Shown piece after piece: positions 20,905 to 40,251 of a stretch of DNA of 64,000 bases. Both the position numbers and the translations under genes were made by a program. The DNA comes from the human T2T-CHM13v2.0 reference genome, Homo sapiens: assembly GCF_009914755.1 (NCBI RefSeq), contig NC_060948.1; one strand, given 5' to 3'. A model generated the notes under the pieces. That model was given only the letters and a program-made list of their open reading frames with translations, searched no databases and was not told the origin of the DNA. The first letter of the stretch is position 1. Each line of letters begins with the position of its first letter.

Positions 20905-23009
20905 AGATCCATATTTTTTAAATGAAAAAAAATTTCAAAGGTACTCTGCTTGGTACAATAATCAAATGTATAAACTGAGGAATAAAACATAACCATGAAA
21001 CCTACTTATAACTGCATATGGAAAATACAGAGGATAATTTTTTAAATAACATATTTTGAAAGCCTTAACTAGTAATTTGAAGAGTTGGCATTTGAAAGGC
21101 CAGTATGAATATACCTTCAAAGCAGCAACACAGGTTCCCCATGAGAAAAAGCAAACACAGGGAAAATAAAAACACAAAGGTTCAATCTCTTCTGACCTTT
21201 GAAAGACACAGCACAGACAGTGGTCCTTAGGACGAAGAGCAGGAGACCCCTAATTCCGTCACCATGGCGATAGGGCATAAACATTGCTGGGTGAGGGCAC
21301 AATCCACATTGTGAGGTCCAACTGCTGCCAGGAAGACAGGAGTGCTTTTACATAGACCGAAAGGTCATTGAAGGCTCAGAGTTTTGTTTCAAGAACTGAA
21401 TCCCAAGCCCACACGTTATTAGGCTGCGCTTCTTAAAACAAGTTATGAGATGGGAAAAAGGGCACCCACAAACATACGTATACATTATGTATATAATAAT
21501 ATACAGTATCATATATATAATATATATAACCTATGTATAATATTGTTTTACATCCTGCATCCTATGTTATATATATTGTATAAAATATAATAATTGATAA
21601 TATATAAGCTGTATAATTATACAATATGACATATAGTATATATTATAATTTATGACATATATAATATATGTTATATATCATATATAGAATATATTATATG
21701 GTTAATATACGTATTAAATATAAATTATACATTATATATATTATATATAATATATCTGTTATATATAATACCCATTATGCATAATATATATATTATGTCT
21801 ATGTTATTTATAGTATAAAACAACATATAATAATATATAATTGTATATATAAAATGCGACATATAATATATATTATATTTTATAACATATGTAATATATA
21901 TTATATATTATATATAATACGTTGTATGTATAATACCTATATTAAATATATATTATATGACTATGTTATTAATTACATGTCACATGTGTTATATATTATA
22001 TATTTTACATAGAATATACCGGTTACATACAATATATACTATGTTACCTATAATGTATAATTTATTACATGTAAAATAAAGAATGCAATATATTATGTAT
22101 AATTTATAATATACAATATGTGGAATGTGATATATGTAACATATAATATATGATATATGATATACAGTATATGATATATAACATACAATATATGATTCCT
22201 AATATATATGGTATACAATATATATTTTATGATATGTATTCTATATGTTTTATATTCTGTTATATATAACTATTTGAAATTATATATAACTGTATAATAT
22301 TTTATGTAAATATGTAATATAATATATATAACTATATAATATATTATATATAACTATATATTATGTTATATATACTTTTATAACATAATTTACATAAAAT
22401 ATCATAATATAATATATATTAAATTATTTCATATTACATAATATATATTACATATCACCCAATATAACTAACATACATAATATTATAATATAGATTATAT
22501 TATGTTATATTAAATATCATATATATCATGTATCATATATTCTATAATATATATTACACATTATATAATATGTATGTTGTCTATTATGTGATATATATAA
22601 CTATATATATAATTATATTTTTATACATATAACTGGATAAACATGTAATTCTACATATTTTCATTTATAATATGTAGAATTATATAATCATATATAATTA
22701 TTTATATTCTATAAAAAATTTTATCATTATATAAATTATAATATATAAAAATTATAATATGTACTACAAATATATATATTATATATCATATATGATATAG
22801 TACCTTTGTTATATATCATAATACATATAAATGTGTATTATGTTATCTATAATTATATAATTTCATATATAAGATGTATAATATGTATCATATATTATAG
22901 ATGTTATGTAATATATATAGTATATATAAGATGACACAGGATAAATATTATATACTATGACATATAAAATATATGAGGTTATATGTTACATATAAGGCAT
23001 AGCACATAA

Positions 23010-23324
<315 letters not shown>

Positions 23325-25424
23325 AGATCCATATTTTTTAAATGAAAAAAAATTTCAAAGGTACTCTGCTTGGTACAATAATCAAATGTATAAACTGAGG
23401 AATAAAACATAACCATGAAACCTACTTATAACTGCATATGGAAAATACAGAGGATAATTTTTTAAATAACATATTTTGAAAGCCTTAACTAGTAATTTGA
23501 AGAGTTGGCATTTGAAAGGCCAGTATGAATATACCTTCAAAGCAGCAACACAGGTTCCCCATGAGAAAAAGCAAACACAGGGAAAATAAAAACACAAAGG
23601 TTCAATCTCTTCTGACCTTTGAAAGACACAGCACAGACAGTGGTCCTTAGGACGAAGAGCAGGAGACCCCTAATTCCGTCACCATGGCGATAGGGCATAA
23701 ACATTGCTGGGTGAGGGCACAATCCACATTGTGAGGTCCAACTGCTGCCAGGAAGACAGGAGTGCTTTTACATAGACCGAAAGGTCATTGAAGGCTCAGA
23801 GTTTTGTTTCAAGAACTGAATCCCAAGCCCACACGTTATTAGGCTGCGCTTCTTAAAACAAGTTATGAGATGGGAAAAAGGGCACCCACAAACATACGTA
23901 TACATTATGTATATAATAATATACAGTATCATATATATAATATATATAACCTATGTATAATATTGTTTTACATCCTGCATCTTATGTTATATATATTGTA
24001 TAAAATATAATAATTGATAATATATAAGTTTTATAATTATACAATATGACATAGAGTATATATTATAATTTATGACATATATAATATATGTTATATATCA
24101 TATATAGAATATATTATACGGTTAATATACGTATTAAATATAAATTATACATTATATATATTATATATAATATATCTGTTATATATAATACCCATTATGC
24201 ATAATATATATATTATGTCTATGTTATATATAGTATAAAACAACATATAATAATATATAATTGTATATATAAAATGCGACATATAATATATATTATATTT
24301 TATAACATATGTAATATATATTATGTATAATACGTTGTATGTATAATACCTATATTAAATATATATTATATGACTATGTTATTAATTACATGTCACATGT
24401 GTTATATATTATATATTTTACATAGAATATACCGGTTACATACAATATATACTATGTTACCTATAATGTATAATTTATTACATGTAAAATAAAGAATGCA
24501 ATATATTATGTATAATTTATAATATACAATATGTGGAATGTGATATATGTAACATATAATATATGATATATGATATACAGTATATGATATATAACATACA
24601 ATATATGATTCCTAATATATATGGTATACAATATATATTTTATGATATGTATTCTATATGTTTTATATTCTGTTATATATAACTATTTGAAATTATATAT
24701 AACTGTATAATATTTTATGTAAATATGTAATATAATATATATAACTATATAATATATTATATATAACTATATATTATGTTATATATACTTTTATAACATA
24801 ATTTACATAAAATATCATAATATAATATATATTATAATATTTCATATTACATAATATATATTACATATCACCCAATATAACTAACATACATAATATTATA
24901 ATATAGATTATATTATGTTATATTAAATATCATATATATCATGTATCATATATTCTATAATATATATTACACATTATATAATATGTATGTTGTCTATTAT
25001 GTGATATATATAACTATATATATAATTATATTTTTATACATATAACTGGATAAACATGTAATTCTACATATTTTCATTTATAATATGTAGAATTATATAA
25101 TCATATATAATTATTTATATTCTATAAAAAATTTTATCATTATATAAATTATAATATATAAAAATTATAATATGTACTACAAATATATATATATTATATA
25201 TCATATATGATATAGTACCTTTGTTATATATCATAATACATATAAATGTGTATTATGTTATCTATAATTATATAATTTCATATATAAGATGTATAATATG
25301 TATCATATATTATATATGTTATGTAATATATATAGTATATATAAGATGACACAGGATAAATATTATATACTATGACATATAAAATATATGAGGTTATATG
25401 TTACATATAAGGCATAGCACATAA

Positions 25425-25739
<315 letters not shown>

Positions 25740-27839
25740 AGATCCATATTTTTTAAATGAAAAAAAATTTCAAAGGTACTCTGCTTGGTACAATAATCAA
25801 ATGTATAAACTGAGGAATAAAACATAACCATGAAACCTACTTATAACTGCATATGGAAAATACAGAGGATAATTTTTTAAATAACATATTTTGAAAGCCT
25901 TAACTAGTAATTTGAAGAGTTGGCATTTGAAAGGCCAGTATGAATATACCTTCAAAGCAGCAACACAGGTTCCCCATGAGAAAAAGCAAACACAGGGAAA
26001 ATAAAAACACAAAGGTTCAATCTCTTCTGACCTTTGAAAGACACAGCACAGACAGTGGTCCTTAGGACGAAGAGCAGGAGACCCCTAATTCCGTCACCAT
26101 GGCGATAGGGCATAAACATTGCTGGGTGAGGGCACAATCCACATTGTGAGGTCCAACTGCTGCCAGGAAGACAGGAGTGCTTTTACATAGACCGAAAGGT
26201 CATTGAAGGCTCAGAGTTTTGTTTCAAGAACTGAATCCCAAGCCCACACGTTATTAGGCTGCGCTTCTTAAAACAAGTTATGAGATGGGAAAAAGGGCAC
26301 CCACAAACATACGTATACATTATGTATATAATAATATACAGTATCATATATATAATATATATAACCTATGTATAATATTGTTTTACATCCTGCATCTTAT
26401 GTTATATATATTGTATAAAATATAATAATTGATAATATATAAGTTTTATAATTATACAATATGACATAGAGTATATATTATAATTTATGACATATATAAT
26501 ATATGTTATATATCATATATAGAATATATTATACGGTTAATATACGTATTAAATATAAATTATACATTATATATATTATATATAATATATCTGTTATATA
26601 TAATACCCATTATGCATAATATATATATTATGTCTATGTTATATATAGTATAAAACAACATATAATAATATATAATTGTATATATAAAATGCGACATATA
26701 ATATATATTATATTTTATAACATATGTAATATATATTATGTATAATACGTTGTATGTATAATACCTATATTAAATATATATTATATGACTATGTTATTAA
26801 TTACATGTCACATGTGTTATATATTATATATTTTACATAGAATATACCGGTTACATACAATATATACTATGTTACCTATAATGTATAATTTATTACATGT
26901 AAAATAAAGAATGCAATATATTATGTATAATTTATAATATACAATATGTGGAATGTGATATATGTAACATATAATATATGATATATGATATACAGTATAT
27001 GATATATAACATACAATATATGATTCCTAATATATATGGTATACAATATATATTTTATGATATGTATTCTATATGTTTTATATTCTGTTATATATAACTA
27101 TTTGAAATTATATATAACTGTATAATATTTTATGTAAATATGTAATATAATATATATAACTATATAATATATTATATATAACTATATATTATGTTATATA
27201 TACTTTTATAACATAATTTACATAAAATATCATAATATAATATATATTATAATATTTCATATTACATAATATATATTACATATCACCCAATATAACTAAC
27301 ATACATAATATTATAATATAGATTATATTATGTTATATTAAATATCATATATATCATGTATCATATATTCTATAATATATATTACACATTATATAATATG
27401 TATGTTGTCTATTATGTGATATATATAACTATATATATAATTATATTTTTATACATATAACTGGATAAACATGTAATTCTACATATTTTCATTTATAATA
27501 TGTAGAATTATATAATCATATATAATTATTTATATTCTATAAAAAATTTTATCATTATATAAATTATAATATATAAAAATTATAATATGTACTACAAATA
27601 TATATATATTATATATCATATATGATATAGTACCTTTGTTATATATCATAATACATATAAATGTGTATTATGTTATCTATAATTATATAATTTCATATAT
27701 AAGATGTATAATATGTATCATATATTATATATGTTATGTAATATATATAGTATATATAAGATGACACAGGATAAATATTATATACTATGACATATAAAAT
27801 ATATGAGGTTATATGTTACATATAAGGCATAGCACATAA

Positions 27840-28154
<315 letters not shown>

Positions 28155-30261
28155 AGATCCATATTTTTTAAATGAAAAAAAATTTCAAAGGTACTCTGCT
28201 TGGTACAATAATCAAATGTATAAACTGAGGAATAAAACATAACCATGAAACCTACTTATAACTGCATATGGAAAATACAGAGGATAATTTTTTAAATAAC
28301 ATATTTTGAAAGCCTTAACTAGTAATTTGAAGAGTTGGCATTTGAAAGGCCAGTATGAATATACCTTCAAAGCAGCAACACAGGTTCCCCATGAGAAAAA
28401 GCAAACACAGGGAAAATAAAAACACAAAGGTTCAATCTCTTCTGACCTTTGAAAGACACAGCACAGACAGTGGTCCTTAGGACGAAGAGCAGGAGACCCC
28501 TAATTCCGTCACCATGGCGATAGGGCATAAACATTGCTGGGTGAGGGCACAATCCACATTGTGAGGTCCAACTGCTGCCAGGAAGACAGGAGTGCTTTTA
28601 CATAGACCGAAAGGTCATTGAAGGCTCAGAGTTTTGTTTCAAGAACTGAATCCCAAGCCCACACGTTATTAGGCTGCGCTTCTTAAAACAAGTTATGAGA
28701 TGGGAAAAAGGGCACCCACAAACATACGTATACATTATGTATATAATAATATACAGTATCATATATATAATATATATAACCTATGTATAATATTGTTTTA
28801 CATCCTGCATCCTATGTTATATATATTGTATAAAATATAATAATTGATAATATATAAGTTTTATAATTATACAATATGACATAGAGTATATATTATAATT
28901 TATGACATATATAATATATGTTATATATCATATATAGAATATATTATACGGTTAATATACGTATTAAATATAAATTATACATTATATATATTATATATAA
29001 TATATCTGTTATATATAATACCCATTATGCATAATATATATATTATGTCTATGTTATATATAGTATAAAACAACATATAATAATATATAATTGTATATAT
29101 AAAATGTGACATATAATATATATTATATTTTATAACATATGTAATATATATTATATATTATATATAATACGTTGTATGTATAATACCTATATTAAATATA
29201 TATTATATGACTATGTTATTAATTACATGTCACATGTGTTATATATTATATATTTTACATAGAATATACCGGTTACATACAATATATACTATGTTACCTA
29301 TAATGTATAATTTATTACATGTAAAATAAAGAATGCAATATATTATGTATAATTTATAATATACAATATGTGGAATGTGATATATGTAACATATAATATA
29401 TGATATATGATATACAGTATATGATATATAACATACAATATATGATTCCTAATATATATGGTATACAATATATATTTTATGATATGTATTCTATATGTTT
29501 TATGTTCTGTTATATATAACTATTTGAAATTATATATAACTGTATAATATTTTATGTAAATATGTAATATAATATATATAACTATATAATATATTATATA
29601 TAACTATATATTATGTTATATATACTTTTATAACATAATTTACATAAAATATCATAATATAATATATATTATAATATTTCATATTACATAATATATATTA
29701 CATATCACCCAATATAACTAACATACATAATATTATAATATAGATTATATTATGTTATATTAAATATCATATATATCATGTATCATATATTCTATAATAT
29801 ATATTACACATTATATAATATGTATGTTGTCTATTATGTGATATATATAACTATATATATAATTATATTTTTATACATATAACTAGATAAACATGTAATT
29901 CTACATATTTTCATTTATAATATGTAGAATTATATAATCATATATAATTATTTATATTCTATAAAAAATTTTATCATTATATAAATTATAATATATAAAA
30001 ATTATAATATGTACTACAAATATATATATATTATATATCATATATGATATAGTACCTTTGTTATATATCATAATACATATAAATGTGTATTATGTTATCT
30101 ATAATTATATAATTTCATATATAAGATGTATAATATGTATCATATATTATATATGTTATGTAATATATATAGTATATATAAGATGACACAGGATAAATAT
30201 TATATACTATGACATATAAAATATATGAGGTTATTTGTTATATATAAGGCATAGCACATAA

Positions 30262-30576
<315 letters not shown>

Positions 30577-32704
30577 AGATCCATATTTTTTAAATGAAAA
30601 AAAATTTCAAAGGTACTCTGCTTGGTACAATAATCAAATGTATAAACTGAGGAATAAAACATAACCATGAAACCTACTTATAACTGCATATGGAAAATAC
30701 AGAGGATAATTTTTTAAATAACATATTTTGAAAGCCTTAACTAGTAATTTGAAGAGTTGGCATTTGAAAGGCCAGTATGAATATACCTTCAAAGCAGCAA
30801 CACAGGTTCCCCATGAGAAAAAGCAAACACAGGGAAAATAAAAACACAAAGGTTCAATCTCTTCTGACCTTTGAAAGACACAGCACAGACAGTGGTCCTT
30901 AGGACGAAGAGCAGGAGACCCCTAATTCCGTCACCATGGCGATAGGGCATAAACATTGCAGGGTGAGGGCACAATCCACATTGTGAGGTCCAACTGCTGC
31001 CAGGAAGACAGGAGTGCTTTTACATAGACCGAAAGGTCATTGAAGGCTCAGAGTTTTCTTTCAAGAACTGAATCCCAAGCCCACACGTTATTAGGCTGCG
31101 CTTCTTAAAACAAGTTATGAGATGGGAAAAAGGGCACCCACAAACATACGTATACATTATGTATATAATAATATACAGTATCATATATATAATATATATA
31201 ACCTATGTATAATATTGTTTTACATCCTGCATCTTATGTTATATATATTGTATAAAATATAATAATTGATAATATATAAGTTTTATAATTATACAATATG
31301 ACATATAGTATATATTATAATTTATGGCATATATAATATATGTTATATATCATATATAGAATATATTATACGGTTAATATACGTATTAAATATAAATTAT
31401 ACATTATATATATTATATATAATATATCTGTTATATATAATACCCATTATGCATAATATATATATTATGTCTATGTTATATATAGTATAAAACAACATAT
31501 AATAATATATAATTGTATATATAAAATGCGACATATAATATATATTATATTTTACAACATATGTAATATATATTATATATTATATATAATACGTTGTATG
31601 TATAATACCTATATTAAATATATATTATATGACTATGTTATTAATTACATGTCACATGTGTTATAAATTATATATTTTACATAGAATATACCGGTTACAT
31701 ACAATATATACTATGTTACCTATAATGTATAATTTATTACATGTAAAATAAAGAATGCAATATATTATGTATAATTTATAATATACAATATGTGGAATGT
31801 GATATATATAACATATAATATATGATATATGATATACAGTATATGATATATAACATACAATATATGATTCCTAATATATATGGTATACAATATATATTTT
31901 ATGATATGTATTCTATATGTTTTATATTCTGTTATATATAACTATTTGAAATTATATATAACTGTATAATATTTTATGTAAATATGTAATATAATATATA
32001 TAACTATATAATATGTTATATATAACTATATATTATGTTATATATACTTTTATAACATAATTTACATAAAATATCATAATATAATATATATTATATTATT
32101 TCATATTACATAATATATATTACATATCACCCAATATAACTAACATACATAATATTATAATATAGATTATATTATGTTATATTAAATATCATATATATCA
32201 TGTATCATATATTCTATAATATATATTACACATTATATAATATGTATGTTGTCTATTATGTGATATATATAACTATATATATAATTATATTTTTATACAT
32301 ATAACTAGATAAACATGTAATTCTACATATTTTCATTTATAATATGTAGAATTATATAATCATATATAATTATTTATATTCTATAAAAAATTTTATCATT
32401 ATATAAATTATAATATATAAAAATTATAATATGTACTACACATATATATATTATATATCATATATGATATAGTACCTTTATTATATATCATAATACATAT
32501 AAATGTGTATTATGTTATCTATAATTATATAATTTCATATATAAGATGTATAATATGTATCATATATTATATATGTTATGTAATATATATAGTATATATA
32601 AGATGACACAGGATAAATATTATATACTATGACATATAAAATATATGAGGTTATATGTTACATATAAGGCATAGCACATAACATGTAATATATATCATAT
32701 ATAA

Positions 32705-32996
32705 TTTTTTTTTAGACAGAATCTTGTCCTGTTGCACAGGGTGGGGTACAATGGCGCCATCTTTGCTCACTGCAACTTCTGCCTCACGGGTCCAAGCGAT
32801 GGTCCTCCCTCAGCCTCCCAGGTAGCTGGGACTACACCACACTGGGACTACACCAGCTGCCACCATGCCTAGCTAATTTTTTGGATTTTTAGTAGTGACA
32901 GCGTTTCACTGTATTGGCCAGGATGGTCTTGATCTCTTCACCTTGTGATCCCCTTGCCTTGGCCTCCAAATTTGCTGGGATTACAGGCCTGAGCCA
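32705..32996 (-). mobile_element. AluY-like, DYZ2 copy 14
   Basis: Near-identical to copy 1. Confidence 0.95.
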
Positions 32997-35096
32997 AGAT
33001 CCATATTTTTTAAATGAAAAAAAATTTCAAAGGTACTCTGCTTGGTACAATAATCAAATGTATAAACTGAGGAATAAAACATAACCATGAAACCTACTTA
33101 TAACTGCATATGGAAAATACAGAGGATAATTTTTTAAATAACATATTTTGAAAGCCTTAACTAGTAATTTGAAGAGTTGGCATTTGAAAGGCCAGTATGA
33201 ATATACCTTCAAAGCAGCAACACAGGTTCCCCATGAGAAAAAGCAAACACAGGGAAAATAAAAACACAAAGGTTCAATCTCTTCTGACCTTTGAAAGACA
33301 CAGCACAGACAGTGGTCCTTAGGACGAAGAGCAGGAGACCCCTAATTCCGTCACCATGGCGATAGGGCATAAACATTGCAGGGTGAGGGCACAATCCACA
33401 TTGTGAGGTCCAACTGCTGCCAGGAAGACAGGAGTGCTTTTACATAGACCGAAAGGTCATTGAAGGCTCAGAGTTTTGTTTCAAGAACTGAATCCCAAGC
33501 CCACACGTTATTAGGCTGCGCTTCTTAAAACAAGTTATGAGATGGGAAAAAGGGCACCCACAAACATACGTATACATTATGTATATAATAATATACAGTA
33601 TCATATATATAATATATATAACCTATGTATAATATTGTTTTACATCCTGCATCTTATGTTATATATATTGTATAAAATATAATAATTGATAATATATAAG
33701 TTTTATAATTATACAATATGACATAGAGTATATATTATAATTTATGACATATATAATATATGTTATATATCATATATAGAATATATTATACGGTTAATAT
33801 ACGTATTAAATATAAATTATACTTTATATATATTATATATAATATATCTGTTATATATAATACCCATTATGCATAATATATATATTATGTCTATGTTATA
33901 TATAGTATAAAACAACATATAATAATATATAATTGTATATATAAAATGCGACATATAATATATATTATATTTTATAACATATGTAATATATATTATATAT
34001 AATACGTTGTATGTATAATACCTATATTAAATATATATTATATGACTATGTTATTAATTACATGTCACATGTGTTATATATTATATATTTTACATAGAAT
34101 ATACCGGTTACATACAATATATACTATGTTACCTATAATGTATAATTTATTACATGTAAAATAAAGAATGCAATATATTATGTATAATTTATAATATACA
34201 ATATGTGGAATGTGATATATGTAACATATAATATATGATATATGATATACAGTATATGATATATAACATACAATATATGATTCCTAATATATATGGTATA
34301 CAATATATATTTTATGATATGTATTCTATATGTTTTATATTCTGTTATATATAACTATTTGAAATTATATATAACTGTATAATATTTTATGTAAATATGT
34401 AATATAATATATATAACTATATAATATATTATATATAACTATATATTATGTTATATATACTTTTATAACATAATTTACATAAAATATCATAATATAATAT
34501 ATACTATAATATTTCATATTACATAATATATATTACATATCACCCAATATAACTAACATACATAATATTATAATATAGATTATATTATGTTATATTAAAT
34601 ATCATATATATCATGTATCATATATTCTATAATATATATTACACATTATATAATATGTATGTTGTCTATTATGTGATATATATAACTATATATATAATTA
34701 TATTTTTATACATATAACTAGATAAACATGTAATTCTACATATTTTCATTTATAATATGTAGAATTATATAATCATATATAATTATTTATATTCTATAAA
34801 AAATTTTATCATTATATAAATTATAATATATAAAAATTATAATATGTACTACAAATATATATATATTATATATCATATATGATATAGTACCTTTGTTATA
34901 TATCATAATACATATAAATGTGTATTATGTTATCTATAATTATATAATTTCATATATAAGATGTATAATATGTATCATATATTATATATGTTATGTAATA
35001 TATATAGTATATATAAGATGACACAGGATAAATATTATATACTATGACATATAAAATATATGAGGTTATTTGTTACATATAAGGCATAGCACATAA

Positions 35097-35411
<315 letters not shown>

Positions 35412-37516
35412 AGATCCATATTTTTTAAATGAAAAAAAATTTCAAAGGTACTCTGCTTGGTACAATAATGAAATGTATAAACTGAGGAATAAAACATAAC
35501 CATGAAACCTACTTATAACTGCATATGGAAAATACAGAGGATAATTTTTTAAATAACATATTTTGAAAGCCTTAACTAGTAATTTGAAGAGTTGGCATTT
35601 GAAAGGCCAGTATGAATATACCTTCAAAGCAGCAATACAGGTTCCCCATGAGAAAAAGCAAACACAGGGAAAATAAAAACACAAAGGTTCAATCTCTTCT
35701 GACCTTTGAAAGACACAGCACAGACAGTGGTCCTTAGGACGAAGAGCAGGAGACCCCTAATTCCGTCACCATGGCGATAGGGCATAAACATTGCTGGGTG
35801 AGGGCACAATCCACATTGTGAGGTCCAACTGCTGCCAGGAAGACAGGAGTGCTTTTACATAGACCGAAAGGTCATTGAAGGCTCAGAGTTTTCTTTCAAG
35901 AACTGAATCCCAAGCCCACACGTTATTAGGCTGCGCTTCTTAAAACAAGTTATGAGATGGGAAAAAGGGCACCCACAAACATACGTATACATTATGTATA
36001 TAATAATATACAGTATCATATATATAATATATATAACCTATGTATAATATTGTTTTACATCCTGCATCTTATGTTATATATATTGTATAAAATATAATAA
36101 TTGATAATATATAAGTTTTATAATTATACAATATGACATATAGTATATATTATAATTTATGGCATATATAATATATGTTATATATCATATATAGAATATA
36201 TTATACGGTTAATATACGTATTAAATATAAATTATACATTATATATATTATATATAATATATCTGTTATATATAATACCCATTATGCATAATATATATAT
36301 TATGTCTATGTTATATATAGTATAAAACAACATATAATAATATATAATTGTATATATAAAATGCGACATATAATATATATTATATTTTACAACATATGTA
36401 ATATATATTATATATTATATATAATACGTTGTATGTATAATACCTATATTAAATATATATTATATGACTATGTTATTAATTACATGTCACATGTGTTATA
36501 AATTATATATTTTACATAGAATATACCGGTTACATACAATATATACTATGTTACCTATAATGTATAATTTATTACATGTAAAATAAAGAATGCTATATAT
36601 TATGTATAATTTATAATATACAATATGTGGAATGTGATATATATAACATATAATATATGATATATGATATACAGTATATGCTATATAACATACAATATAT
36701 GATTCGTAATATATATGGTATACAATATATATTTTATGATATGTATTCTATATGTTTTATATTCTGTTATATATAACTATTTGAAATTATATATAACTGT
36801 ATAATATTTTATGTAAATATGTAATATAATATATATAACTATATAATATGTTATATATAACTATATATTATGTTATATATACTTTTATAACATAATTTAC
36901 ATAAAATATCATAATATAATATATATTATATTATTTCATATTACCTTATATATATTACATATCACCCAATATAACTAACATACATAATATTATAATATAG
37001 ATTATATTGTGTTATATTAAATATCATATATATCATGTATCATATATTCTATAATATATATTACACATTATATAATATGTATGTTGTCTATTATGTGATA
37101 TATATAACTATATATATAATTATATTTTTATACATATAACTAGATAAACATGTAATTCTACATATTTTCATTTATAATATGTAGAATTATATAATCATAT
37201 ATAATTATTTATATTCTATAAAAAATTTTATCATTATATAAATTATAATATATAAAAATTATAATATGTACTACACATATATATATTATATATCATATAT
37301 GATATAGTACCTTTGTTATATATCATAATACATATAAATGTGTATTATGTTATCTATAATTATATAATTTCATATATAAGATGTATAATATGTATCATAT
37401 ATTATATATGTTATGTAATATATATAGTATATATAAGATGACACAGGATAAATATTATATACTATGACATATAAAATATATGAGGTTATATGTTACATAT
37501 AAGGCATAGCACATAA

Positions 37517-37831
<315 letters not shown>

Positions 37832-39936
37832 AGATCCATATTTTTTAAATGAAAAAAAATTTCAAAGGTACTCTGCTTGGTACAATAATCAAATGTATAA
37901 ACTGAGGAATAAAACATAACCATGAAACCTACTTATAACTGCATATGGAAAATACAGAGGATAATTTTTTAAATAACATATTTTGAAAGCCTTAACTAGT
38001 AATTTGAAGAGTTGGCATTTGAAAGGCCAGTATGAATATACCTTCAAAGCAGCAACACAGGTTCCCCATGAGAAAAAGCAAACACAGGGAAAATAAAAAC
38101 ACAAAGGTTCAATCTCTTCTGACCTTTGAAAGACACAGCACAGACAGTGGTCCTTAGGACGAAGAGCAGGAGACCCCTAATTCCGTCACCATGGCGATAG
38201 GGCATAAACATTGCTGGGTGAGGGCACAATCCACATTGTGAGGTCCAACTGCTGCCAGGAAGACAGGAGTGCTTTTACATAGACCGAAAGGTCATTGAAG
38301 GCTCAGAGTTTTGTTTCAAGAACTGAATCCCAAGCCCACACGTTATTAGGCTGCGCTTCTTAAAACAAGTTATGAGATGGGAAAAAGGGCACCCACAAAC
38401 ATACGTATACATTATGTATATAATAATATACAGTATCATATATATAATATATATAACCTATGTATAATATTGTTTTACATCCTGCATCCTATGTTATATA
38501 TATTGTATAAAATATAATAATTGATAATATATAAGTTTTATAATTATACAATATGACATATAGTATATATTATAATTTATGACATATATAATATATGTTA
38601 TATATCATATATAGAATATATTATATGGTTAATATACGTATTAAATATAAATTATACATTATATATATTATATATAATATATCTGTTATATATAATACCC
38701 ATTATGCATAATATATATATTATGTCTATGTTATATATAGTATAAAACAACATATAATAATATATAATTGTATATATAAAATGCGACATATAATATATAT
38801 TATATTTTATGATATATGTAATATATATTATATATTATATATAATACGTTGTACGTATAATAACTATATTAAATATATATTATATGACTATGTTATTAAT
38901 TACATGTCACATGTGTTATATATTATATATTTTACATAGAATATACCGGTTACATACAATATATACTATGTTACCTATAATGTATAATTGATTACATGTA
39001 AAATAAAGAATGCAATATATTATGAATAATTTATAATATACAATATGTGGAATGTGATATATATAACATATAATATATGATATATGATATACAGTATATG
39101 ATATATAACATACAATATATGATACCTAACATATATGGTATACAATATATATTTTATGATATGTATTCTATATGTTTTATATTCTGTTGTATATAACTAT
39201 TTGAAATTATATATAACTGTATAATATTTTATGTAAATATGTAATATAATATATATAACTATATAATATATTATATATAACTATATATTATGTTATATAT
39301 ACTTTTATAACATAATTTACATAAAATATCATAATATAATATATATTATATTATTTCATATTACATAATATATCTTACATATCACCCAATATAAGTAACA
39401 TACATAATATTATAATATAGATTATATTATGTTATATTAAATATCATATATATCATGTATCATATATTCTATAATATATATTATACATTATATAATATGT
39501 ATGTTGTCTATAATGTGATATATATAACTATATATATAATTATATTATTATACATATAACTAGATAAACATGTAATTCTACATATTTTCATTTATAATAT
39601 ATAGAATTATATAATCATATATAATTATTTATATTCTATAAAATATTATATCATTATATAAATTATAATATATAAAAATTATAATATGTACTACACATAT
39701 ATATATTATATATCATATATGATATAGTACCTTTGTTATATATCATAATACATATAAATGTGTATTATGTTATCTATAATTATATAATTTCATATATAAG
39801 ATGTATAATATGTATCATATATTATATATGTTATGTAATATATATAGTATATATAAGATGACACAGGATAAATATTATATACTATGACATATAAAATATA
39901 TGAGGTTATATGTTACATATAAGGCATAGCACATAA

Positions 39937-40251
<315 letters not shown>
